Assembly (NCBI GenBank): GCA_951406725.2
Contig: OX597827.1
Span: 69,750,001-69,814,000, forward strand
DNA length: 64,000 nt
Origin: Octopus vulgaris
Taxonomy: Eukaryota
Direction: 5' to 3'
Of the stretch, positions 39,376 through 53,479 are shown in pieces. The stretch's first letter is position 1, and each line of letters begins with the position of its first letter. Made by a program: the position numbers and the translations under genes. The notes beneath the pieces are model-generated. The model did no database searches and was not told the DNA's origin. It saw only the letters and a program-made list of their open reading frames with translations.

Positions 39376-39514
39376 CTATTTATAAATGTTCTGAAATCTA
39401 CACAGTCTTGGTTTTTTTTTCTTATCTCATTACGAAAAAAATCTTTTTATATGTATGTAAACAAATATATTTATATATATATACACATATACACACACAT
39501 ATATATATATATAC

Positions 39515-39730
39515 ATTCAAAATGTGACCGCGTGTGTACCGTTGGCGATTTTTTCCCTCTGTCTTCCCTTCTCTAGATCTTTCCTTCTCCTACGTTTCCG
39601 ACGAAGAGCTCCGCTCGAAACGTTAACTCCTCCTTCATTCCTTCTTTCTTGAGCGTCCAATAATACTATATTTGTTCCACGTCCTCGCGTTGTTGTGTTT
39701 TTTTGTGTTTTCTTGTTTGGATTAACTATA
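39515..39730 (+). mobile_element. ~200-bp hammerhead-bearing element between (TA)n tracts
   Basis: GTTT-CCGACGA-AGAGC tcc GCTC-GAAA-CG-TT-AAC at about 39594-39627. Confidence 0.6.
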
Positions 39731-39745
39731 TATATACATACATAT

Positions 39746-39776
<31 letters not shown>

Positions 39777-39796
39777 TCTGTATACACACACACACG

Positions 39797-39835
<39 letters not shown>

Positions 39836-39960
39836 ACACACACATACACACGCAATGTTATCAGCTGAACAGTGTGATGAAAAATAATCGAGTTTTAGTT
39901 TAGTTAAGATATGTTTGTGACATTTTTCAACTTTTAACTGCATACTCATTAGTTACGCTA

Positions 39961-40344
39961 GAGAAAGATTCTCGCCTATGATAAAAAGGTGGAAAACACC
40001 AAAACAGCATATATCTGCTCAGTATTGCCATTTAGCGAACTTTCAAACGCCGCTTATCCTTCCTCTAGCTGTTAACCTCCCTCGGTGAGAGATATTTCCT
40101 CATCAACGCTTAGCACTGATACCGTCGTATTTATTCCGATCAGGAAGTTCCCGAACGAAGCTCAGTTTCTGATATCGATTGTTTTAAGATAAATCTATGG
40201 TTTCGGAATATGCACGAATTATCTCACTTCAGTATCTCCGAGTGAGGAGGGTGGAACAGTCAAAAACACGTCTGGGAATTCGCTAATGGGCGATACTGAG
40301 CTGATTGGACATTTTTACATCTTTTACCATAAACTAGAAAATTT

Positions 40345-40348
<4 letters not shown>
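39961..40348. repeat. Diverged fold-back inverted repeat (~190-bp arms)
   Basis: GAGAAAGATTCT/AGAAAATTTTCTC, GCTCAGTATTGCCATTTAGCGAA/TTCGCTAATGGGCGATACTGAGC and ATCAGGAA/TTTCTGAT pair in nested order. Confidence 0.8.
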
Positions 40349-40394
<46 letters not shown>

Positions 40395-40397
<3 letters not shown>

Positions 40398-40553
40398 AGT
40401 GGCTGTGTGGTAAGTAGCTTGCTTACCAACCACTATGGTTCCAGGTTTAGTCCCACTGCGTGGCACCTTGGGCAAGAGTCTTCAACTATAGCCTTGGGCC
40501 GACCAAAGCCTTGTGAGTGTGTTTAGTAGACGGAAACTGAAAGAAGCCTGTCG

Positions 40554-40645
<92 letters not shown>

Positions 40646-40850
40646 TGCGTCTGTGTTTGTCCTCCAACATCACTTGACAACCGATGCTTGTGTGTTTACG
40701 TCCCCGTAACGTAGCGGTTCGGCAAAAGAGACCGATAAAATAAGTACTAGGTTTACAAAGAATAAGTCCTGGGGTCGATTTTCTCGACTAAAGGCGGTGC
40801 TGCAGCATGGCCACAGTCAAATGACTGAAACAAGTAAAAGAGTAAAAGAG
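40395..40850 (+). mobile_element. SINE family A, full length
   Basis: As 15772. Confidence 0.9.
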
Positions 40851-41095
40851 AATATACAAACATGTATATATGTATGTAAAATGTTTTTGGAAGAATGGAT
40901 CTCGAAGCATATAAATCTATAAATAATAGCATGTTACAAAATACTGGGTTGAAAAAATTTGAAGGCTTCATTCCAATATTTAAATGCTACCAGTTATAGC
41001 CTTATGTGCTTCAAGATTCACGGTCCCCCACCCTTGAAAAAGAAATTTTTCACGCTTATACATACATATACATACATGTGTGTGTGTATGTATGA

Positions 41096-41160
<65 letters not shown>

Positions 41161-41339
41161 CAAATTCAAAATGCGATAAAATAAAATTAATTATTATCGC
41201 TGGTGTTTCTAGCTCAGGCCATATATTATTCATATATAAGTACATTAAGGCGAAGTATGTACTAGAAACACAGAAGCTTGATAAATTTAGCGAAATGAAA
41301 ATAAAAACTTTTACTAACTCTGTTCATACATATATATAT

Positions 41340-41426
<87 letters not shown>

Positions 41427-41427
41427 C

Positions 41428-41471
<44 letters not shown>

Positions 41472-41873
41472 GTATATATAAATATATATGTATATGTATA
41501 TATGTATATATATATTAAATGTTTATCTATCTCTATATATGTATGTGTACCAGTGTGTGTGTATGTGTGTGTGTGTAGTATGCTGGTGTTTATATGTTTA
41601 CCAGTGTAAAATCGTAGTTGTGTCAAAGATCATAACATTATGTAATAAACCGAAATCAATAAAATATATCGATTGTAAAGCAGCAAGAAATAAAGTAGGT
41701 GGAGGTCGATGGTAGAAGCGATTTAGAACCTCCAAGCCGATGCACTCCAGCCCAGTTGTTGCCGACTGAATGCCTGATATATACATATATATATATATTT
41801 ATACATACATACATACATACATACATACATACATACATACATACATGCATACATACATACATACATACATACA

Positions 41874-41933
<60 letters not shown>

Positions 41934-41988
41934 GCACATATACATATGCATGCATAGTGATATAGACATTATCTATCTATCTGTCTGC

Positions 41989-42110
<122 letters not shown>

Positions 42111-42195
42111 GTCTGTCTGAATGTATGTATGTCTCTCTCTCTCTCTCTTTCTACACATACACATGGTCACATGGTTATAAACGTATGTACATATG

Positions 42196-42253
<58 letters not shown>

Positions 42254-42388
42254 TACATACATACACATACACACACACAGGTATATATAAACCATATATT
42301 TTTACAAACAATTTGCATGTCGATATAATCTCTCTCTCTCTCTCTCTCTCTCTTTCTATCTATCTATCCATCTCTCTGTCTATCTACT

Positions 42389-42422
<34 letters not shown>

Positions 42423-43092
42423 CGTACATATATACATGTATGTGTGTATATGCATACGCACACACAGTATTCACATATTCGTCTGCATATGTGTGTATGT
42501 GTGTGCGCGTATGTGAATATATATGTATGTATATCTGTTTATACAAACATTTTTTTAAAATGCCAGCACTCCTACAACAGCCGACAGATTACGAATGCTA
42601 TAATTTCCAGAGGCGAAGCATCTTCAGAGCGTTTGCAGTCTTTCCACTTTGCTGTGTTTTTCCCAGAAGAGCAGGAAACGTCAAGAATTGTCAGCAGTTG
42701 TTGTTACGGCATTAAAAAGAATGGATTTACATCTCAGATAAAGAAGTCTAAAGTATTCTGTGGTTTATATGTCATGCAGAGAAGAGAGGGTGAATATGGC
42801 TACCAGAAATAAGGGATGAAATAGGGGAGACGAACGTGCTCCGGTCGAGAACTAAGACTCAGCAACTCCACACTCCTTCATCTCCGCCCGCGTCCCTCCT
42901 GTACACCTCGTATTCCTCTACCTCTGCCTCATCTTCTTCTTTCTCCTCCTCCTCCTCTTCCTCGTCGTCGCCCTCCTTCTATTCCTCTGATTACACCTCT
43001 CCCCCTCTTCCACTTTCTCTCCCTCCTCCTACTTCCTCCTCCTCCTACCTCCTCCTCCTTCATGCAATTCTCCAGCTACTCCTCCACCTTCT

Positions 43093-43212
43093 CTCCTTCC
43101 GCGTACTCCTTCCGCGTACTCCTTCCGCGTACTCCTTCCGCGTACTCCTTCCGCGTACTCCTTCCGCGTACTCCTTCTGCGTACTCCGTCCTCGTACTCT
43201 TCCCCGTACTCC
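43093..43212. repeat. 13-bp minisatellite (CCTTCCGCGTACT)n
   Basis: About six near-perfect copies then degenerate ones, inside a C/T-rich tract. Confidence 0.9.
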
Positions 43213-43574
43213 TATCTCTTCCTTCCCCTCATACGCTTCTCGCTCCTGCATCTCCTCCTTCTTCCGTAATTTTCCCCGTAATTTTCTCTTTCTTCCCCTC
43301 ATACCCTTCCTCCTCCTGCATCTCCTCCTTCTCCACCTCCTCTTTCTCCCCACTCCTCCTTCATCTCCTCTTCTTTCTCCTCCTCCTACCACCGCTGCTG
43401 CAACCATCATACTTCTCAAGGTCATTGAGGCACGTAAGCCGTCACACCGCAAAGAGAACTGGACGTTGGGGCGGAACCCACAGATATGGCTTAGTATTTC
43501 ATTGTGTCAAATCCCAGAAGGATGACAAGCGAAATTGATATCATCTAAATTTGAACATTATTTACATTATTTAC

Positions 43575-44030
43575 ATTTACTCTTTTACTTGTTTCAGTCA
43601 TTTGATTGTGGCCATGCTGGAGTACCGCTTTCAGTCGAGCAAATCGACTTATTCTTTGTAAGCCTAGTACTTATTCTATCGGTCTCTTTTGCCGAACCGC
43701 TAAGTTACGGGGACGTAAACACACCCGCATCGGTTGTCAAGCGCTGTTGGGAGGACAAACACAGACACACAAACACACACACATATATATATATATACAT
43801 ATATACGACGGGCTTCTTTCAGTTTCCGTCTGCCAAATCCACTCACAATTTCGTCTGCCGTTACGTTCTGAGTTCAAATTCCGCCGAGGTCGACTTTGCC
43901 TTTCATCCTTTCGGGGGTCGATAAATTAAGTACCAGTTACGCACTGGGGTCGATATAATCGACTTAATCCCTTTGTCTGTCTTTGTTTGTCTCCTCTATG
44001 CTTAGCCCCTTGTGGGCAATAAAGAAATAA
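43575..44030. mobile_element. Head-less SINE A (-) fused to head-less SINE B (+)
   Basis: Junction ...CCAAATCCACTCACA|ATTTCGTCTGCCG at about 43847. Confidence 0.85.
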
Positions 44031-44034
44031 GAAA

Positions 44035-44245
44035 TATACCAACGAGAATCTGGCGGGGTTCATGGCTCCTGTTGATCGACCACATGGTCTCGTGGCCGCG
44101 GGCAGATGAGGAGGTGTTTTGCGGAATTGGAGAGTTTTGGGAACTGTGCTCAGTGGGTCGCCCGGAAGAACCCGGGAATATACCGACAAATGGTGAATGC
44201 AACACTGCGCTGCAACGGTTGCTGCCCCCACACCTGACCTGTCTC
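44035..44245 (+). mobile_element. Probable RTE-group LINE 3' fragment
   Basis: Peptide pieces DRPHG / MRRCFAEL..AQWVARKNPGIYRQMVNATLRC resemble the RTE C-terminal helix. Confidence 0.4.
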
Positions 44246-44340
44246 TAGCATGTTGAGAGAAAAGGACCTGAATGGTCACTGCTAGATTGCATACTTATGA
44301 TCATAGGTCTGTTTGTAATGGAGTTGACCTAAAGCTAAAC

Positions 44341-44920
44341 ACCACCACCGTCACCACCACCACCACCACCACCACCACCACCACCACCACCACCACCACC
44401 ACCACCACCACCACCACCACTAACAACAACAATAACACCAGCAGCAGTACCACCACCACCACCACCACCACCACTACCACCACTACCACCACTACCATCA
44501 CCACCAACAACAACACCAACAACAATAACACCAGCAGCAGTACCACCACCACCACCACCACTACCACCACCACCACCACCACCACCACCACCACCACCAC
44601 CACCACCACCACCACTACCACCACCACCACAAACAACACCAACAACAATAACACCAATAGCAGTACTACCACCACTAGCACCACCACCACAAACAACACC
44701 AACAACAACAACACCAGCACCAGTACCACCACCACCACCACCACCACCACTAACAACAACAACACCAACAACAACAACACCAGCACCAGTACCACCACCA
44801 CCACCACCACCACCACGACCACGACCACCACCACCACCACCATTACCACAACCACCAACAACAACACCAACAATAATAACATCAGCACCAGTACCACCGC
44901 CACCAACAACGACACCAGCG
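44341..44920. repeat. (ACC/AAC)n array with a higher-order unit
   Basis: AACAACAA(T/C)AACACCAGCA(G/C)CAGTACC cassette recurs about six times between (ACC)n runs. Confidence 0.95.
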
Positions 44921-45465
44921 ACTAAAACATTCGGCATGTGTGTCTGGTTGTGCCAAACACACATTTGTTTTCTGGAAATCTAAGGAAAAGACATGAAAAC
45001 GAAAACCAAGACAAAAACTCAAAGCACACACACATACACACACACACACACACATGCACACACATGCACACACACATGCACACACGCACGTACACACGCA
45101 GACTCAATACGGACAAAAACGCTCGTATACTAAAACCTGGTAAGACCATAAAACAGTTGTTTAGTATCATGATTGTTTTATAATGTATATAACATATATA
45201 TATTCCCCGCCAGTCGCTTCGAGCTTCTCTTTGTCTTCCACCTTCACCCTCCCACCTTTGTCCCTCTCCTTGCTCTCCTCGTGTCTCACGCCCATCTGTA
45301 CACCTTACTCTTTAATGCGCCTATTTCAATTCTGTTTTTTTTTTTTCACCGTTATCTTTCCCCCGAGTTGGCTTTAGGGAATGGCGTACTCACATACTTA
45401 TACACTTCTGTATATACACACAGACAAACATTTGTGTGTGCGCGTGTGTGTGTATGTGTGTGAGT

Positions 45466-45520
<55 letters not shown>

Positions 45521-45549
45521 ACATGTATATACTTACAGGTAATTTGTAA

Positions 45550-45586
<37 letters not shown>

Positions 45587-45759
45587 TATTCATATATGTA
45601 CATATATGTATGTAAGTATAGATAGAAACATACATAGAAAGATAGATAGATAAAAAATACGAATATATATAACAAAGAACTAAAATTGATTTTATCCACA
45701 TAGTAATTATTATATATCTGATATTACAGCCTCCATATAAAATCTGTCTAAAACATGTG

Positions 45760-45817
<58 letters not shown>

Positions 45818-45857
45818 CACACATACATATATTTATATATATATATACATACATATA

Positions 45858-45928
<71 letters not shown>

Positions 45929-46228
45929 ATTTATTCGCCGTGGGCTGTAGTTGCTCATAAAATACGCGCGTACATCCATATGCACACACACGAATACATG
46001 TACATACATAGATACACACATACACACACACACATATATATATATGACATTATAATGTATACATGTGTGTATATATGCTTTATGGCCAACCCTAGGCCAT
46101 GGCGGATAAATTGATATAAAATTTATTATGATTTATTTATTCATTTTATTATTGTTCGGTTAGCAGAGGCCATGATTCGACATTCACTTTACACACACAA
46201 CACAAACCGAGGGAATATTCGCACCGAA

Positions 46229-46307
<79 letters not shown>

Positions 46308-46421
46308 TGTGTGTGTGTTTGTGTGTAGCATAAACGTCAGCTTAAAAATACTTAGACATGAAACAGAGAAATATACGTACTAAAATGTGAAAACTCACAG
46401 ATACATATTTACTGAGGGACG

Positions 46422-46518
<97 letters not shown>

Positions 46519-46639
46519 ACGTATGCAAGCACACGCTCGAAAATGCATATAAAGAAGAATGACCTTTTGATATACGTTCTTGCTTAGCCGAGTGGTCAAA
46601 GTAGTTTTCTTCGCAACCACTTAGTTCAGAAGTACCATG

Positions 46640-47013
46640 CTACTAGTCCTGTAAGAATCACTAGCCATGGAACACATAGAGACCCTCGTCATTCATGAAC
46701 GACCTATGGAATTGCACCTAAAATGTTCCTCGCCGAGGTACAAGTCCGCTCAAGGTTGTTTATGGAAGACCAGCAGTTGCCCTTTCATGCCAGCCTTACT
46801 TCTCCACGCCACCGATGTTATCCAAGGGATAAGGCAAAGGGGCCGATACAGACTGGTACCTGTGTCTCGCAACTCATTTCTTCAGTTACGTGAACTGTAG
46901 CAGCGCGAAATAAAGTGTCTTGCTTAAGAACACAACACAGCCCTGTCCGGGAATCAAACTCACTACCTTATGATTGTGAGCCCGACGCTCTAACCATTGA
47001 GCCATGTGCCTTC
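46640..47013 (-). mobile_element. CORE-type tRNA SINE (family D, relative of C)
   Basis: Minus strand GGCACATGGCTCAATGGTTAGAGCG...GAGTTTGATTCCC...TGTGTTCTTAAGCAAGACACTT. Confidence 0.8.
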
Positions 47014-47020
47014 ACTTCAA

Positions 47021-47055
<35 letters not shown>

Positions 47056-47087
47056 TAATAGTTGAATAGAAATAGAAAGCCTTTGAC

Positions 47088-47135
<48 letters not shown>

Positions 47136-47212
47136 ATAAATATTAGGGAATAAATCCAAATTTACAGGGAAAAATCAGATTTAGGATTGAATCCAATTTT
47201 ATAGTAAAATAT

Positions 47213-47397
47213 TATATAATATTAATTAGAGACAAAACCACTATTATGCAAATCAAACAAAGAAAGACTTAATCCAATACATAAAAATTTTTATATAAAT
47301 TAAATAAAATTAATTATATTTAATTTATATAAAATTTTTTATGTATTGGATTAAGTCTTTTTTTGTTTGATTTGCATAATAGTGGTTTTGTCTCTAA

Positions 47398-47410
<13 letters not shown>
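47213..47410. repeat. Near-perfect ~200-bp palindrome derived from the 3' end of the 24.1-kb hammerhead element
   Basis: AATATTAATTAGAGACAAAACCACTATT...AATAGTGGTTTTGTCTCTAATTAATATT; the arm matches 24225-24300. Confidence 0.92.
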
Positions 47411-47449
<39 letters not shown>

Positions 47450-47905
47450 ACATATGCATATATGTATACGCATATGTGTGTGTGTGTGAGTGTGTGTATA
47501 TATGTATCTCTGAGCGCCTATTAATAATAATACTGTAATTGTTCCATTGTTGTTGTTTTTTTGTTTTCCCGTTTAGATTAAAATTATATATATATATATA
47601 TATTTGTGAAATTTGAAAAGAAAATACGAAACCGGTTATTTCTCCTAAAACTATGTTACTATACGCAAAATTTTATAACATTTTTCTAACATAACGATTT
47701 AAATACATTCTTTAACCATATAACACAAGCCTTCTGTAGTTTTTTCACTCTTTTTTGTCTTTTATACATCCAACCGCGTGCTTTCATATACCAACTCTCT
47801 CACCTATATATATATATAAAATAAAAAACGATAGCAAACAAGTGAAGAACGAATATATAGTGCGTGTGTTTATTTGGCAAGAAACAAATGACCGTCCCGA
47901 AATAT

Positions 47906-47967
<62 letters not shown>

Positions 47968-47984
47968 CAATATATATATATATA

Positions 47985-48287
47985 TTGTGAGTGTTTATTG
48001 AGCAAAAACATCTAAAGCTCCACGAGGCTCCGACAGGGGGTGGTGACGAACCCTGCTGTACTCTTTCACCACAATTTTCTCTCACTCTTTCTTCCTGTTT
48101 TTGTTGTACCTGTATTTCAAAGGGCCAGCCTTGTCACACTCTGTGTTACGCTGAATCTCCCCGTGAACTACGTTAGGGGGTACACGTGTCTGTGAAATGC
48201 TCAGTCACTTGTACGTTAATTTAACGTGCTGGCTGTTCCGTTGATCGGATCAACTGGAACCGTCGTCGTCGTAACCGACGGAGTGCC
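47985..48287 (+). mobile_element. SINE family C tail type 3, 5'-truncated
   Basis: Begins at TTGTGAGTGTTTATTGAGC, ends GTAACCGACGGAGTG. Confidence 0.88.
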
Positions 48288-48299
48288 ATGATATATACT

Positions 48300-48435
48300 C
48301 TATTACTTGTTTCAGTCATTTGACTGTGGCCATGCTGGAGCACAGCCTTTAGTCGAGCAAATCGATTAAGTTACGGGGACGTAAACACACCAGCATCGGT
48401 TGTCAAGCGATGTTAGGAGGACAAATAGAGATACA

Positions 48436-48510
<75 letters not shown>

Positions 48511-48760
48511 CGGACTTCATTCAGTTTCCGTCTACCAAATCCACTCACAAGGCTTTGGTCGGCCCGAGGCTAGAGTAGAAGACACTTGCCCAAGATGCCA
48601 CGCAGTGGGACTGAACCCGGAACCATTCGGCTGGGAAGCAAGCAACTTACCACAAAAATGATAGATCAAGGCCGTTGTTATAATAAAAGAGATTTGCCAA
48701 AGGTTACCACGCGGTGGAACTGAACCCGGCACCATGTGACTGGGAAGCAAACGCCTTACA
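48300..48760 (-). mobile_element. SINE family A, internally deleted, plus an extra head fragment
   Basis: Antisense family A. Confidence 0.85.
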
Positions 48761-48997
48761 TATGTATGCTACAAATAAATCAAATATCGGCATAGCCATT
48801 TGTTAGTTAGCAGTAATCCACATCTATGTGTATCCTGAATGTATCAGTGTGATGTATTCCGTGACCAGGTCCGATCTTTGCGCTGCAGGTACAATCCATC
48901 TGATGGGCTTCGACATAGTTTCCGTTTGTCTGTTTTCTGCACACAAAGCTTAGGTCGATCCGATGTGATGGTAAAAGACACTTGACGAAGATGCTGA

Positions 48998-49292
48998 ATT
49001 TTTTTTTTGTTCCTTCTCGAGCCATGCCTGGCTCATAAGGGCCGGTTTCCCAGTTTCCTTGGCGTATAGGTTCCCCCACTTGGACGGGACGCCGGTCCGT
49101 CGCAGGTGAGCTGCAAGATGCAGGAGGAAAGAGTGAGAGAAAGTTGTGGCGAAAGAGTCAGCAGAAGTTCGACGTTACCTTCTGCCGGAGCCGCGTGGAT
49201 CTTAGGTGTTTCGCTCATAAACACACACATCGCCCGGTCTGAGATTCGAACCCGCGATCCCTCGACCGCGAGTTCGCTGCTCTAACCACTAG
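48998..49292 (-). mobile_element. SINE family C tail type 5 variant with poly(A)
   Basis: Tail GGACCGGCGTCCCGTCC...GAAACTGGGAAACC...ATGAGCC is homologous to the 33075 copy. Confidence 0.85.
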
Positions 49293-49295
49293 GTT

Positions 49296-49432
49296 GTATA
49301 CATGTATGTATGTATGTATGTATGTATGTATGTATGTATGTATGTATGTATGTATGAATATGTGTATGTGTATATGTATGTACGTATGAATGTATGTATG
49401 TATGGATGTTTGCATGTATGTATGTATGTATG

Positions 49433-49466
<34 letters not shown>

Positions 49467-50544
49467 TGTATGTATGTATGTATGTATGCATGCATGCATG
49501 TATATATGTATGTATGCATGTGTAAATATATGTATGCATGTATGTATGTATGTATGTATGTATGTATGTATGTATGTATGTATGTATGTATGTATGCATG
49601 CATGCATGTATATATGTATGTATGTATGCATGTGTAAATATATGTATGCATGTATGTATGTATGTATGTATGTATGTATGTATTTATGTATGTATGTATG
49701 TATGTATGTATGCATGCATGCATGTATATATGTATGTATGTATGCATGTGTAAATATATGTATGCATGTATGTATGTATGTATGTATGTATTTATGTATG
49801 TATGTATGTATGTATGTATGCATGCATGCATGTATATATGTATGTATGTATGCATGTGTAAATATATGTATGCATGTATGTATGTATGTATGTATGTATT
49901 TATGTATGTATGTATGTATGTATGCATGCATGCATGTATATATGTATGTATGTATGCATGTGTAAATATATGTATGCATGTATGTATGTAAGTATATATG
50001 CATCCATGCTGAATAGTGGTATCGATCCTATATTTTCATAACCGCGAAGCGAGCTTCTGTTTTCAACCATTCAGTCTTGTTTATACTTCGCAGCCGTATT
50101 ATATTATCACGGTCGACATGAATTCACATGTCGGCAGAGATGTCTTGCGTATGAGATGGGTGTGTCAATCTGTAATTCTGAGAAGCAGAAGCTGTAGTTG
50201 CTAGAGTGGAATATAAGTGGCGAACAGACAGCGCGTGTGTGGTGTGGGGAGGATGGGTCGGAATGAGTTTGTTAAGTGAGCTCCTGCCAAGCTATCGGAA
50301 GAACTACTTTTCGTTTCGATTGACTGAAGGTTTTGATGAGAGTATTGCAAGAAGATTCCTTGTTTTGAAATGTGTCACTATGCTCAAAGTCAGCCATGGT
50401 TTTGATATTGCTAGAAAGTCTTCGCTTGGTATGGTATTATATATAGTTTATGTAAGGATATACATACGTGCGTGTGTATGTATGTATGTATGTATGTATG
50501 TATGTATGTATGTATGTATGTATGTATGTATGTATGTATGTATG

Positions 50545-50575
<31 letters not shown>

Positions 50576-51910
50576 GTATTTATGCATCCATGTATGTATG
50601 CATGTATGAATGTATGTATGTATAAATATATATATTCATGTATGTATGCATGTATGTATGTATGTGTGTATGCATGTATGTGTGTATGTATGCATGTATG
50701 TATGTATGTGTGTATGCATGTATGTGTGTATGTATGCATGCATGTATGTATGTATGTATGTATGTATGTATGTATGTATAAATATATGTATTCATGTATG
50801 TATGCATGCATGTATGTATGTATAAATATATGTATGTATGTATGTATGTATGCATGCATGTATATATGTATGCATGTTTGTATATATGTATGCGTGTATG
50901 TATGCATCATGTATGTATGTGCATGTATGTCTGTATGTATATATGTGTGCGCATGTATATATGTATGTATACATGTATGTATGTATGCATGTATGTACGT
51001 ATGCATGTATGTCATTGTTAAGTTTTATTTCAAGGTTTCTTGCCAATAGAGAAAGAACCGATTTCTAACCTAAATCCAAGGCTCCTGCATTGAAATTTCT
51101 CCAACATCAACAAGGAATATTTTTGCATGTATTTGTGTATATGTGCAGTATTTGGTGTCCGTGCATGTGCAGATTTGAGTGTCTTGTTTTATGAATTTAT
51201 TCTCATGCATATAATCGCATGTCTAGACATGCGCATATATACTTAAATGATGAACTTCTGAACTGTTTTACAAATTTTTATGTATGTATGTATGTATGTA
51301 TGTATGTATGTATGTATGTATGTATGTATGTATGTATGTATGTATGTACGTTTGTATGTACGTATGTACGTATGTACGTACGTATGTATGTATGTATGTA
51401 TGTATGTATGTATGTCTGTCTGTCTGTCTGTCTGTATGTATGTATGTATGTATGTATGTATGTATGTATGTATGTATGTATGTATGTATGTATGTATGTA
51501 TGTATGTATGAATGCATGTATGTATGAATGTATGTATGTATGTATGTATGTATGTCTGTCTGTCTGTATGTATGTATGTATGTATGTATGTATGTATGTA
51601 TGTATGTATGTATGTATGTATGTATGTATGTATGTATGTATGTATGTATGTATGTATGTATGTATGTATGTATGTATGTATGTATGTATGTATGTATGTA
51701 TGTATGTATGTATGTATGTATGTATGAATGTATGTAAGTATGTATGTATGTATGTATGTATGTATTCATGTATGTATGTATGTATGTATGTATGTATGTA
51801 TGTATGAATGTATGTATGTATGTATGTATGAATGTATGTATGTATGTATGTATGTATGTATGTATGTATGTATGAATGTATGTATGTATGTATGTATGTG
51901 TATATGTTTG

Positions 51911-51941
<31 letters not shown>

Positions 51942-52275
51942 GTATGTATGTATGTATTCATGTATGTATGTATGTATGTATGTATGTATGTATGTATGTA
52001 TGTATGTATGAATGTATGTATGTATGTATGTATGTATGTATGTATGTATGAATGTATGTATGTACATATGTATGTATGTATGTATGCATGTATGTATGTA
52101 TGTATGTATGTATGTATGTATGTCTGTCTGTCTGTCTGTATGTATGTCTGTCTGTATGTATGTATGTCTGTCTGTCTGTCTGTCTGTCTGTATGTATGTA
52201 TGTATGTATGTATGTATGTATGTATGTATGTACGTATGTATGTATGTATGTATATATGTATGTATGTATGTATGT
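49296..52275. repeat. Three long (TGTA)n arrays (49296-49990, 50476-51010, 51279-52275)
   Basis: Direct reading; the first array has a ~110-bp higher-order repeat. Confidence 0.97.
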
Positions 52276-52451
52276 TCTGGTTATATCACCAATAGAGAAA
52301 GAATAATTTCTCAGAACTCAGAACCAAAACATTGGAATTCATTGGAATTTAAACAACTTCAGCAACGTAGTCATATATGTATACACCTACACGTTTCTAC
52401 GTATGCAAGTATGTTATTGCATGTGAAGACCTAAGCATATATTTGTATATA

Positions 52452-52684
52452 AGGCGTCGAACTGGCAGAAACATTAGCACGCTGGGCGAAATGCGTAGCC
52501 GTATTTCGTCTGCCGTTACGTTCTGGGTTCAAATTCCGCCGAGGTCGACTTTGCCTTTCATCCTTTCGGGGTCGATAAATTAAGTACCAGTTACGCACTG
52601 GGGTCGATGTAATCGACTTAATCCGTTTGTCTGCCCTCGTTTGTCCCCCTCTATGTTTAGTTCCTTGTGGGCAATAAAGAAATA
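52452..52684 (+). mobile_element. SINE family B, full length
   Basis: GGCGTCGAACTGGCAGAAAC...GGTTCAAATTCC...GCCTTTCATCCTTTCGGGGTCGATAAATTAAGTACCAG. Confidence 0.9.
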
Positions 52685-52689
52685 TATAT

Positions 52690-53189
52690 CTGTATATCTA
52701 GAAGTTGGAAAACTTCTGAAATTTTCTAAATATTTTGCCGGTTCCGTTTACGGCTTGTTATTGAGACGTGTTCTTTGCGATGTTTTAGACGACGAGTTTG
52801 TAAAGATTTCTGCTGAGACAATTAGCTAGATTCCTAACAGTCAAAATAATTTCCTCACGAAATTTGGCGACGAAGAATTAGCAGTAGACAGAGTAATCAA
52901 ACGATCTGATTTCATGTTATGTAAAACACATACATAAAACAGCTTCGGAATATTATATCAGCATTCAAATACATATACACTTACAAACTAGTCTGATTAC
53001 ACAGTGTATTTCTGTGTACTTCTTGTCACTGCATATGAGGAGCTAAGCTTATATTTAGACATTTGTATATTAGCAACTTGTAAAATTTTCTGCATGCTTT
53101 GCCACTTCCAATGACGGCTTGTTATTGCGACAAGTTCTTTGATTTTGTGAAGACGCGCTTATAAAGATTTGTGCTGAGGCGGTTAGTTA
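52690..53189 (+). repeat. Diverged ~135-bp direct duplication (52690-52828, 53062-53189)
   Basis: Shared AAATTTTCT, TTTGCC, ACGGCTTGTTATTG, GTTCTTT, TAAAGATTT-TGCTGAG. Confidence 0.8.
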
Positions 53190-53479
53190 CCTAACCAACT
53201 GCTTTAATAATCAAAGCACTTAGTGTACACTTATTAAAGGTGTAAATCTCATGTCCAGATTTAGCATCTGTAGATTTCTCGCAAGTTCAGCATACATGTT
53301 TCTTTTCTATTTCCTTTATCTTTAAAATTATGTCACCGTCTGCTGGACAACTGATATCGAATTATCGTGCCGTATTGCTTTTTTTTCCTGTCCCACATCA
53401 ATCTAATGCGTCAGATCCAGCATTCGGTTTTCAAAACAGGAGAGGCTTGTAAAAAAATCTCACCAAACTCACTATCTTC

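Noticed and set aside
44272-44925. 217-aa Thr/Asn-rich mucin-like ORF
   Set aside because: Pure ACC/AAC microsatellite with no signal peptide or unique domain; the antisense frames are open too.
49215-52434. YIHT/MYVC repeat ORFs up to 274 aa (also at 36.4-37.0 kb)
   Set aside because: Artefacts of (TGTA)n.
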